From the NCBI GenBank assembly GCA_043808785.1, contig JAZDEL010000009.1, positions 90,001 through 122,000 on the forward strand: a DNA stretch of 32,000 nucleotides, written 5' to 3'. Positions 1 through 6,972 of the stretch are shown here, piece after piece. The translations under genes were made by a program, and so were the position numbers. The stretch is from Candidatus Iainarchaeum sp. Lineage in GTDB: Archaea > Iainarchaeota > Iainarchaeia > Iainarchaeales > JAZDEL01. The notes under the pieces were generated by a model, which was not told where the DNA came from, ran no database searches, and saw only the letters and a list, made by a program, of their open reading frames with translations. Positions within the stretch are counted from its first letter, which is position 1. Every line of letters starts with the position of its first letter.

Positions 1-1651
1 TGTCGGGGATGAGGATTACAAATGGGGCTTCCTCACCCGCGGCACTGCGGAGATTGCGCAGGAGTTCGCGCAATTGGGCGTGCCTTTTGTGCGCACAGGC
101 ACGATTGAACTTTACATGCCTTTCGATGAGCTCGACGCATACTACCGCGCGTTCGAGTTTGAGGGAATTGAGCTTGCGGTCACTCCCCAGCCGAATTTCA
201 AGGACAGCACGGAGAAAATAATCGGGGGCATACGCCCCTTTGTGCAGCGCTATGACGGCGATGCGGATTACGATAATGACGGCAAGGCCGACGGGGAGAA
301 AATGCCTTTCGTGAAATACTGGCAGTTAGGCACCGAGGTTGACGCAAGCGCGACAGGGATCGAGAAGGCCACGCCGCAGCGCTATGCCGAGGTGCTGAAG
401 GAATTCTACATAATGGTTAAGGAGGAAAGCCCGCGCGCGAAAGTTGTGGGGCCGAGCGTTATAGGGCACATGAACTTCCCCAACGACCAGGGCAGGGATT
501 CGAAGGATTACATTAAGCAGGTAATCGATGCAGGCGGCCTTGCTTACACGGACATGATAGATTTCCACTATTATTACTGGTGGGACGCATTGAATTACGA
601 CGACATAAAATACTCCGTGGATTTCCTGCGCGCGAACGCAAAGGGCAAGGAAATAATGCTCGGCGAAACAGGTGCGCCCTCGGGCACGGTTGAATACGAA
701 TTCGACGGCACAATCACAAAACGCTTCTACTCGGAAGAATCTCAGGCGGCCTACCTTGCGAAAATATTCCCCTACTCCTTCGCGCTCGGCATAGACAAGG
801 TTGTGTGGGCATACGGCATGGTTGAGAGCAAGTGGGGCACGGAAACCGCCGGAGGGGTGCTGATGCAGGGCTTAGGCGGGCAAAAATCCGCGCAGCAGAG
901 CGTGCTTTCCGATTTCAAACTCGACCTCGACTTGGGGAGCGCAACCCTAACATGGCAGAACCCGGAGGAGGAGGATATTTCAGGCGTGATGATGCGCTAC
1001 AGCACCTCGGCATACCCGCAGACAGTGAAAGACGGAACCCTGCTTGCGGAAGTTGCAGTGCAGCCGGGGGAAGTATCGGCATATGTTTTCAATGGCGCGA
1101 AAAGCGCGGTGAAATATTATTACTCCCTCTTCCCGAAATACGCGGACGGCAGTTACGGTGCGCCCTCGGAGAACTTCGGGCGTTACGTGGACCATTACTT
1201 CGCGCACACGGGGCTTATTTACAACGGTTATGGTTCGGATGATAAAGGCGCGGGGGTGAAGAAGCGCTCCTATTACGCGTATAAACTCATGTCGGAAAAG
1301 CTCGGGCAGTGCAAACTCGGCACAGCAAAGATTGTTCAGACAGGCGTGCCAAACACAATCGTGGTTTCAATCGGGAAGAAAAACGGCAAGATGCTTTATG
1401 TCGCGTGGAGCGATACCGCGCCTGCGTCTAACGGCGGAGGGAGCGTGCCGCCTGTTGTTGCTGAAGGAAGCATGCCCCCTATCGTGGCGCAAAACCCTTC
1501 CGTGGAAATCTTCGTCGGCGCGGGGAATGCGAAGGTGACAAACTCGGTGCCCGATTCCGCGGGCAATGTTTCTTCCGAAACCGTGCCTGCCCGAAACGGC
1601 ACGCTCAAAATAGAACTCGGCAACTCGCCTGTTTACATAGAACCAATTTAA
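1..1651 (+). CDS. Glycoside hydrolase-like protein, clan GH-A TIM-barrel type, with C-terminal beta-sandwich-like and P/G/S-rich regions; 5' end lies outside the window
   Basis: Frame 2 is open from base 2 (VGDEDYKWGF...), so the M at 74 is internal. Has WQLGTEVD (acid/base-strand pattern, normally NEP), IDFHYYYWW, and MLGETGAPSG (nucleophile-strand pattern). Stop at 1649-1651. Confidence 0.8.
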   Translation, partial: VGDEDYKWGFLTRGTAEIAQEFAQLGVPFVRTGTIELYMPFDELDAYYRAFEFEGIELAVTPQPNFKDSTEKIIGGIRPFVQRYDGDADYDNDGKADGEKMPFVKYWQLGTEVDASATGIEKATPQRYAEVLKEFYIMVKEESPRAKVVGPSVIGHMNFPNDQGRDSKDYIKQVIDAGGLAYTDMIDFHYYYWWDALNYDDIKYSVDFLRANAKGKEIMLGETGAPSGTVEYEFDGTITKRFYSEESQAAYLAKIFPYSFALGIDKVVWAYGMVESKWGTETAGGVLMQGLGGQKSAQQSVLSDFKLDLDLGSATLTWQNPEEEDISGVMMRYSTSAYPQTVKDGTLLAEVAVQPGEVSAYVFNGAKSAVKYYYSLFPKYADGSYGAPSENFGRYVDHYFAHTGLIYNGYGSDDKGAGVKKRSYYAYKLMSEKLGQCKLGTAKIVQTGVPNTIVVSIGKKNGKMLYVAWSDTAPASNGGGSVPPVVAEGSMPPIVAQNPSVEIFVGAGNAKVTNSVPDSAGNVSSETVPARNGTLKIELGNSPVYIEPI

Positions 1652-1656
1652 ATAAA
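1646..1656 (+). promoter_or_regulatory. TATA-like box upstream of the Trm112-like gene
   Basis: ATTTAAATAAA is centred about 27 nt before GTG 1678, which fits the leaderless spacing seen window-wide. Confidence 0.45.
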
Positions 1657-1677
1657 CTTCCCGCGAACTTTCCTACG

Positions 1678-1866
1678 GTGGTTTTCATGGCAAAGGTGCA
1701 GAAGGAACTTTCAAAAGCGCTCCTTGACGTGCTCGCCTGCCCGAAATGCAAGGGCGATTTGGATTACAGGAAAAAGCAGGGCAAACTGGTATGCAAAAAC
1801 AAGCCCTGCGCGCGCGAGTACAGGATTGAGAACGGCATACCGATAATGCTTGCGGATGAAAGTTAG
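1678..1866 (+). CDS. trm112: Trm112-family small zinc-ribbon-like protein (methyltransferase activator family)
   Basis: LLDVLACPKCKGDL...REYRIENGIPIMLADE matches the Trm112/UPF0434 pattern. GTG at 1678; alternative ATG at 1687. Confidence 0.85.
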   Translation: MVFMAKVQKELSKALLDVLACPKCKGDLDYRKKQGKLVCKNKPCAREYRIENGIPIMLADES

Positions 1867-1954
1867 GCCCATTGCGGGAAACCCTGGTGCGGCAAGGGCA
1901 GCCCTCAGGGCGGGGGTTAACGCCTGCAGTGCCTGCCGGGCGCGCGGCAGCAAT

Positions 1955-1964
1955 GTTTAAATAA
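1955..1964 (+). promoter_or_regulatory. TATA-like box upstream of the coiled-coil membrane protein gene
   Basis: GTTTAAATAA is centred about 26 nt before GTG 1986. Confidence 0.4.
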
Positions 1965-1985
1965 TCCAAAAGCCTATCTTTATCG

Positions 1986-3056
1986 GTGATTTGCTTGAAG
2001 AATGCGATATTTGCGTTTTTGGTTCTTGTGCTTTTCTGCGGCGCGGTTTCCGCAACCGAGATAATTTCGGCAAAACAGGTTCCCGCGGACATGCTCTGGG
2101 GCTTTTCCGTGCTTATGCCCGCAACAGACACATTTGATTCCACGAAAATCTTCCTGGACGGAACCGAGATAGCGGCAGTTTACTCATCCAGCCAGTTTGT
2201 GCTTACCCCTTCCGCGAACGGGGTTGTTGCAGTTTACCTCTATGACAAGGACCCGAAATCGAATTCCGGGCTTACGTTTGCGGTTTCCCATGCAGGCCTG
2301 GGCGAAGGCGTGCACACCATCCGCGCGGAGAGCTACAATGAGGGCGGCACGCTCGACAGCGCGGAGGCCCAGCCATCATTCTTTGTTCCCGAGGATTTGC
2401 TTTCGAACAGGCTGAACGAGGCGGAGGCGACATTGGAGGAAATTAAAACCAAGCAGGCGGGCATGAAGATTGACGATGAGCAAATTTATTCCGAACTTAA
2501 GGTTGCGCAGTCCGACCTGAAGGCGCTTGCGGACAGGGCTGCTGCGCTGGAGCAGGAAACGCAGGCATACGGGCAGGAAACCGGCAATTCAAGCGCGGCA
2601 ATGGCGGAAATAAGCATGCTTAATTCCGATTTGCGGGCAGTGCAGGACCGGCTTGACGCACTTGGCGCGCAGTTCACGGAACTGGAGAAGCCCGAACCAT
2701 CGTTACTTGAGAGCATTTTCGGTTCGGGAAGTTCCGCACAGCAGGCATCCGAGACGGGAGATGCCGCCGGACAGGAAGGTGAGGAGCAGGGCTCGTTATT
2801 CGCGGGCCTTCTCAGCCTCGGCAGCGGGGGGATTCTTCCGATAGCGCTTGCCGTGTTCATTGTCGCGGCGGTGATAGCGGTCTTCGCATACTACAAATAT
2901 AAATCCTCATCCTCGGATTTTGGCTACGGCGGAGACCCTTTTGGTTCTGATTCCATCTTCGATAACATCGGCCTCGGCGCAAAGAAGCTCGAACAAAAAC
3001 GGCAGGGCAAATGGCCCTCGAACAACCCTAGCCAGGACAGCGGGGAAGAGGAATAG
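1986..3056 (+). CDS. Membrane-anchored surface protein: N-terminal signal/TM, Ig-like region, coiled coil, C-terminal TM and acidic tail
   Basis: Hydrophobic N-terminus (AIFAFLVLVLFCGAVSA). Heptad-like A/E/L/Q-rich stretch. C-terminal TM ILPIALAVFIVAAVIAVFAYY followed by a charged tail. No recognisable enzymatic motif. Confidence 0.75.
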   Translation: MICLKNAIFAFLVLVLFCGAVSATEIISAKQVPADMLWGFSVLMPATDTFDSTKIFLDGTEIAAVYSSSQFVLTPSANGVVAVYLYDKDPKSNSGLTFAVSHAGLGEGVHTIRAESYNEGGTLDSAEAQPSFFVPEDLLSNRLNEAEATLEEIKTKQAGMKIDDEQIYSELKVAQSDLKALADRAAALEQETQAYGQETGNSSAAMAEISMLNSDLRAVQDRLDALGAQFTELEKPEPSLLESIFGSGSSAQQASETGDAAGQEGEEQGSLFAGLLSLGSGGILPIALAVFIVAAVIAVFAYYKYKSSSSDFGYGGDPFGSDSIFDNIGLGAKKLEQKRQGKWPSNNPSQDSGEEE

Positions 3057-3157
3057 TTTGCCCGCGCAGTTGGCTGCGGATAAATGCGCGAATAAAGCAG
3101 GCAGTGCAGGCAAGCAGCGGTTCGCAACCATTCAGCAGGGCTGCCTAGCGCTTACCC

Positions 3158-4879
3158 CTATTCTTTCCCTTCAATGCACGCCTTGACAAACCCCAAATAG
3201 CACGGGTTAGGCTTCAAGGGCCTGCTTGTGAATTCGGGATGGAACTGCACGCCCAGGAAGAACGGGTGCCTTTCCTTGGGCAGTTCCATAATCTGCATAA
3301 TCCTCTTCTGCGGCGCCCTGCCGCTCCATATAATGCCCTTTTCAGCAAGCGAATCTATGTATTTCGTGTTCACATTGAACCTGTGCCTGAACCTCTCCCT
3401 TGCCTTTTCCTTTCCGTACAATTTGTGCGCGAGCGTGCCCTTTTCAACAACAATATCGTGCCCTCCAAGGCGCAGCGTGCCCCCTAAACCTTCGACCTCG
3501 TCCTGCTCGGGGAGTATGCATATTACCGGGTCGCAGGTTTTCATGTCGCACTCGGTTGAATGTGCGCCCTTAAGCCCGCAAACATCCCTTGCGAATTCTA
3601 TAACCGCAAGCTGCATGCCGTAGCACAAACCCAGATAAGGCACCTTATGCTCGCGCGCGTATTTTATGCACTCTATCTTCCCCCCGCTGCCCCTTGAGCC
3701 GAAGCCCCCAGGGACAATGAGCCCATCAACCCCTGCAAGCGCCTCCCCCGCTTTCTGCGCACCCTTTTCAACATCAGTGGTTTCAATCCACTTAATGCTT
3801 ATTTTGGAGTTCGTCGCCGCCTCGCAGTGCTCCAGCGCCTTTATTATGCTTATGTAAGAATCCGTAAGCCCGGTGTATTTTCCCGCAATTCCGATAACGA
3901 CCTTGTGCTCCGGCTTATCGACAATGTTGGCGTTAGTCCACTTCTCAAGCCTCCCGCCCCCGTTTGTGCGGAACCTGCCGTCGAGCTTCAGCAGTTTCAG
4001 TATTGCATTATCTACGCCCAGCTTCCTCATGAACAGCGGCAGTTTGTATATGCCGTCAACATTGTGCGCGCCGAAAACCCTTTCCACGGGCACGTTCACG
4101 TTAAGCGAAATCTTCTCCTTTATTTTATCGGGAATTTTGTGCTCCGACCTGCACACTATAACATCGGGCTGTATGCCCATCTCTATGAGTTTCTTTATGC
4201 CCTGCTGTGCAGCCTTGCTTTTGAACTCCCCCACGCTCGGCGGGTTAAGTATGTATGTGAGGTTTATTATGCACACGTTTTCCGCGCCCTCCTCATACCT
4301 CAGCTGCCTTATTGCCTCGAATGCGAACATGTTTTCGTAATCCCCGACAGTGCCGCCGATTTCCACAAGCACGACATCCGCCTTTGTTTTCATTGCGAGC
4401 CTGCGCAGGACGAGCTTCATTTCACCCGTGACGTGCGGTATGAACTGCACATCCCTGCCCAGGTATTTCCCGGCGCGCTCCTTCTCTATTATGTGCTTGT
4501 AAATCTGCCCGCTTGTTACAAAGCTTTCCTTTGTCAGGTTTGCATCCATGAACCTTTCATATGAGCCCAAATCCATGTCGCACTCCATGCCGTCATCAAG
4601 AACAAAAACCTCGCCGTGCCTGTACGGGTTCAGGGTTCCAGCATCGACATTCAAGTATGCTTCCAGTTTTATCGGCGCGACCTTAATTCCGTGGTCGACA
4701 AAAAGCTTTATGAGCGAGCTTGTGAAAATTCCCTTTCCAATTCCCGAAATAACGGAACCAGTGGTTATGGCATACTTTGTCCTGCCCGGCTTGTAGCCGT
4801 CGGGCATCGGGGTGTATGCTTCTTCGGTTGTAGCACCTGAAATTTTCTCAATCACGCATTCCTCTACCAAATTGCGCAC
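3158..4879 (-). CDS. pyrG: CTP synthase
   Basis: GSVISGIGKGIFTSS (N-terminal synthetase P-loop-like), GLCYGMQLAVIEFAR (glutaminase Cys), GVQFHPEF. Start is uncertain: GTG 4879, TTG 4870 (preceded by GAGGTG) or ATG 4807. Confidence 0.97.
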   Translation of the reverse strand: MRNLVEECVIEKISGATTEEAYTPMPDGYKPGRTKYAITTGSVISGIGKGIFTSSLIKLFVDHGIKVAPIKLEAYLNVDAGTLNPYRHGEVFVLDDGMECDMDLGSYERFMDANLTKESFVTSGQIYKHIIEKERAGKYLGRDVQFIPHVTGEMKLVLRRLAMKTKADVVLVEIGGTVGDYENMFAFEAIRQLRYEEGAENVCIINLTYILNPPSVGEFKSKAAQQGIKKLIEMGIQPDVIVCRSEHKIPDKIKEKISLNVNVPVERVFGAHNVDGIYKLPLFMRKLGVDNAILKLLKLDGRFRTNGGGRLEKWTNANIVDKPEHKVVIGIAGKYTGLTDSYISIIKALEHCEAATNSKISIKWIETTDVEKGAQKAGEALAGVDGLIVPGGFGSRGSGGKIECIKYAREHKVPYLGLCYGMQLAVIEFARDVCGLKGAHSTECDMKTCDPVICILPEQDEVEGLGGTLRLGGHDIVVEKGTLAHKLYGKEKARERFRHRFNVNTKYIDSLAEKGIIWSGRAPQKRIMQIMELPKERHPFFLGVQFHPEFTSRPLKPNPCYLGFVKACIEGKE

Positions 4880-4921
4880 CTCTGCAGGCTAAGCAGCCAT
4901 CACACTAATCTACAGCAATAG

Positions 4922-4931
4922 TAATATAAAA
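4922..4931. promoter_or_regulatory. TATA-like box in the pyrG / Cys-rich ORF divergent spacer
   Basis: TAATATAAAA is about 24 nt before in-frame GTG 4950 on the plus strand and about 47 nt from pyrG GTG 4879 on the minus strand. Confidence 0.35.
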
Positions 4932-4940
4932 ACCTTCGCT

Positions 4941-5144
4941 GTGTATTTGGTGAGGTGTAGCCGGCTTGGAGGATTTTGGGGGGTTGGTTGCTTGAAGGTC
5001 AATTACAGCGTGCAGGGCGAAGAGGGCAAAAACTGCGGAATTTGCGCGCATTTCAGGCCCACTGAATACGCCTCCCTGAAGGGCACGTGCTTCGGCCGTG
5101 AAGTAACCAAATCGGGCGGCTGCGGCTTTTTCAAGGGGAAATAG
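4941..5144 (+). CDS. Small four-Cys protein (CX2CX14CX10C), hypothetical
   Basis: NCGICAHFRPTEYASLKGTCFGREVTKSGGCGFF. Start is ambiguous: GTG 4941, GTG 4950 or TTG 4992. No antisense gene competes for the region. Confidence 0.4.
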   Translation: MYLVRCSRLGGFWGVGCLKVNYSVQGEEGKNCGICAHFRPTEYASLKGTCFGREVTKSGGCGFFKGK

Positions 5145-5205
5145 GCGCGCGCATTAGTATTAAAATAAACCCCCCTCACTAATTATTAGCGATTTTCGCT
5201 CGTTT

Positions 5206-5278
5206 GGGGCCGTGGTGTAGCCTGGCAGCATTGCAGCTTCGGGAGTTGCCGACGGCGGTTCAAATCCGCCCGGCCCCA
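5206..5278 (+). tRNA. tRNA-Pro (anticodon CGG), 73 nt, no intron, CCA not encoded
   Basis: Hand-folded. Acceptor GGGGCCG/CGGCCCC plus discriminator A. Anticodon stem GCAGC/GTTGC with loop TTCGGGA (U33, CGG, G37). T arm GGCGG-TTCAAAT-CCGCC. U8, A14 and GG are in the D loop. Confidence 0.92.
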
Positions 5279-5319
5279 CACAACCTTTCTTTAAAAAAGA
5301 AAGGTTGGCGAAAGAAACA
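5279..5319. repeat. 41-nt direct repeat, copy 1, containing a perfect palindrome (11-bp stem)
   Basis: CACAACCTTTCTTTAAAAAAGAAAGGTTGGCGAAAGAAACA, identical to 5583-5623. Palindrome is AACCTTTCTTT-AAA-AAAGAAAGGTT. It starts right after the tRNA discriminator base. Confidence 0.9.
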
Positions 5320-5373
5320 CAAGGCACGGTTGGCGAAAAACGTTAGCCTGCAAAAAGGAGTTTTTTGCTTCGC

Positions 5374-5397
5374 AAAAAAGTTCGCCTGCTGGCGAAC
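5374..5397 (-). terminator. Hairpin plus T6 downstream of the 35-codon ORF
   Basis: The minus strand reads GTTCGCC-AGCA-GGCGAAC followed by TTTTTT. A second GCAAAAA/TTTTTGC hairpin lies at 5350-5368. Confidence 0.5.
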
Positions 5398-5410
5398 AAT
5401 GAATTTCGGC

Positions 5411-5518
5411 TTACGGCCCCAGCCTCGCCCTAACCTGTTCGAACGTGAATACGCGCCCATTGCGCAGGTCTTTCCTTGCTTTCTTAACTGCCCTGATGGC
5501 TTTCTCGCTCAATTCCAT
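5411..5518 (-). CDS. 35-aa micro-protein resembling the C-terminal tail of RHH-type antitoxins (no DNA-binding part, no toxin partner)
   Basis: AGGAGG lies 7 nt upstream of ATG 5518. Translation checked by hand: MELSEKAIRAVKKARKDLRNGRVFTFEQVRARLGP. Followed by a terminator-like hairpin. Below the ORF-track length cutoff. Confidence 0.45.
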   Translation of the reverse strand: MELSEKAIRAVKKARKDLRNGRVFTFEQVRARLGP

Positions 5519-5582
5519 TTTGCAGCCTCCTTATAGTTCGCCTAATTTTCCGAAATTGTACGTTTCCCCTTCCTCGCACACC

Positions 5583-5623
5583 CACAACCTTTCTTTAAAA
5601 AAGAAAGGTTGGCGAAAGAAACA
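5583..5623. repeat. 41-nt direct repeat, copy 2
   Basis: Identical to 5279-5319. Lies just downstream (minus strand) of the phosphoesterase gene stop and its hairpin. Confidence 0.9.
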
Positions 5624-5642
5624 GTTTGCCCTTCGGGCAAAC
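5624..5642 (-). terminator. Hairpin immediately after the phosphoesterase stop codon
   Basis: GTTTGCC-CTTCG-GGCAAAC. On the minus strand it is followed by the repeat palindrome, which carries a T6 run. Confidence 0.45.
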
Positions 5643-5644
5643 AA

Positions 5645-6421
5645 CTACTGCAGTTCGTTCAGTTTGCCAAAAGCGTATGTCTCGCCTTGCTCACACGCCC
5701 ACACTTCGAACTCGCCAATTCCGCCCTGCAAAAACGGGCTCAGCAGTCTCTCCCTCGCGATGTTCGTGCCTATATGAATCTGGTTAAGCGACGGCATTAC
5801 AATCAGCGTTTTGCCTTTGTGCTTACCACGCAGGAAGCATTTATACGTTTCCGCCTTCGCGCCCTCGCGGATTGTTATCGCGGGATGCTCGTGCGCGATA
5901 ACCAAAACATGCGCGCGGTTCAGTTCGTGCTTGGTTGGCAGTTTGTGGCCGTGAAGGAAAAGAACCTTGCCCGCGGGCAGAAAATGGCATTCCTCAATCT
6001 CAATCCCCCGCCATTTCGCAATAGGGCCGAGAACCTTGTCGTGGTTGCCGCGAACCAAAACGATTTTTTTGCATTTTTTCTGCAGGAAGCCGAGCATATC
6101 AACCACTTCTCCCCACTCCTGCTCCGAAATCGTGCCGAACTCGTGCTTCAGGTCGCCGTTGATGATTATTTTTTCCAGGCGCGAAATGCCGTGCCTTTCC
6201 CTCAGCACGGCAAAAACCTTTTCCAGCCTCTCCTTTATTCCTGAGAAATTTATGCGCGGCACAAGCGAGCCCTCGCGGTTAAGCATTTCCTCGTATCCCA
6301 AATGCAGGTCTGCAAGGGCGAGAACATTCTCGGCGGGGAGGAATAGGCAGAGGTCGATTATTTCAAAACCCTGCGAGATTTGGTTTCGGGGGTTTTGATT
6401 TTCTTTGCCTTTGGTTTCCAT
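5645..6421 (-). CDS. Calcineurin-like metallophosphoesterase, archaeal SbcD/Mre11-related type (MPE)
   Basis: ADLHLGYE (DxH), INGDLKHEF (GDxxH-like), VRGNHD (GNHD), LHGH, IAHEHP. ATG 6421 (METKGK...) is preferred over TTG 6439. Confidence 0.9.
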   Translation of the reverse strand: METKGKENQNPRNQISQGFEIIDLCLFLPAENVLALADLHLGYEEMLNREGSLVPRINFSGIKERLEKVFAVLRERHGISRLEKIIINGDLKHEFGTISEQEWGEVVDMLGFLQKKCKKIVLVRGNHDKVLGPIAKWRGIEIEECHFLPAGKVLFLHGHKLPTKHELNRAHVLVIAHEHPAITIREGAKAETYKCFLRGKHKGKTLIVMPSLNQIHIGTNIARERLLSPFLQGGIGEFEVWACEQGETYAFGKLNELQ

Positions 6422-6442
6422 AACCAAAATCGCAACCAAAAT

Positions 6443-6452
6443 CCTTAAATAG
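6443..6452. promoter_or_regulatory. Shared TATA-like box between the divergent MPE and 166-codon ORF
   Basis: CCTTAAATAG is centred about 26 nt from ATG 6421 (minus) and about 24 nt from TTG 6472 (plus). Confidence 0.45.
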
Positions 6453-6471
6453 TGCCCAGCGCTATCCTTTA

Positions 6472-6972
6472 TTGGGTTTTTTTATGGAGCGCATCGGCAT
6501 TGTGATTGCCCCTAAAGTCCGTGGCGGTTATGCCGTTGCCCCTGATTTATTTTGGTACGAATTTAAGGTGGCAATAGGGGGGTATTTGAAAGGCACGCCT
6601 TATGTTACAAGTCGCAGCATACGAGAATCAATAACTAACGGCAAACTGACAGCGGGGTGGGAGGTGGGCCGCCTTACGTTTATTGTAGATAAAGACAAAA
6701 AGGAAATACAGCCATATCAGTATTTCCCCCTTCTGAAAGCCGAATTTCTGAGGAAAATGGGGGTTGCCACGAATATAGAACTCGCCTGCCTGAGACATCT
6801 GCGAAAGGAGTTCAAAGGCTACTCTGTGGTGGATTCCCAAGCCCTATGGCCCCCCCGAAAACATCAATTGGAGGCGCGCAGGGATGAGAGTGGCGAAGGG
6901 CTCGATGTCAGAATCAAAAAATCGCAGAAATATCTGGTGCGGCAGCACCGCCTTCACAAGCCGCTCGCCTAA
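6472..6972 (+). CDS. Hypothetical protein (orphan; no motif recognised)
   Basis: 166-codon ORF, TTG 6472 or ATG 6484 (MERIGIV...). Visibly more AT-rich than its neighbours. Its stop overlaps the helicase stop by 4 nt (6969-6972, convergent). Confidence 0.55.
   Translation: MGFFMERIGIVIAPKVRGGYAVAPDLFWYEFKVAIGGYLKGTPYVTSRSIRESITNGKLTAGWEVGRLTFIVDKDKKEIQPYQYFPLLKAEFLRKMGVATNIELACLRHLRKEFKGYSVVDSQALWPPRKHQLEARRDESGEGLDVRIKKSQKYLVRQHRLHKPLA

Noticed and set aside
3827-4564. Long antisense ORFs inside well-supported genes. Examples: 3827-4564(+) in pyrG, 8521-9348(+) in lhr, 10789-11757(+) in prs, 14783-15730(-) in the CNNM gene, 18766-19641(+) and 19679-20362(+) in nadB, 20890-21642(+) in nadC, 21819-22883(+) in pmbA, 23264-24028(+) and 23802-24635(+) in tldD, 25890-26945(+) in the decarboxylase, 27878-28591(-) and 28311-28970(-) in the DHH gene, 30422-31204(+) in purL.
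   Set aside because: They are shadow frames of GC-rich genes. Their translations are Arg/Ala/Pro/Ser/Cys-rich with no motifs, whereas the opposite strand carries clear family signatures.
5260-5536. ORFs 5204-5536(+), 5260-5460(-) and 5445-5777(+) across the tRNA/repeat region.
   Set aside because: They overlap the tRNA-Pro gene and the palindromic repeats, and their translations are low-complexity. The compact SD-led 35-codon ORF explains the region better.
5279-5623. Reading the two 41-nt direct repeats as attL/attR of an integrated element, or as a mini CRISPR array.
   Set aside because: There is no integrase or other mobile-element gene between them. The repeat does not duplicate the tRNA 3' end. 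With only two copies 263 bp apart and an internal palindrome, it is not CRISPR-like. It is kept as a finding only as an unexplained repeat-bracketed cassette.
6472-6972. A possible PD-(D/E)xK nuclease motif (PDLFWYEFK) or a degenerate GNAT motif in the 166-aa orphan.
   Set aside because: The D-to-ExK spacing is only 5 residues, far shorter than in known nucleases. The GNAT resemblance is a single weak string. Neither is enough to make a call.
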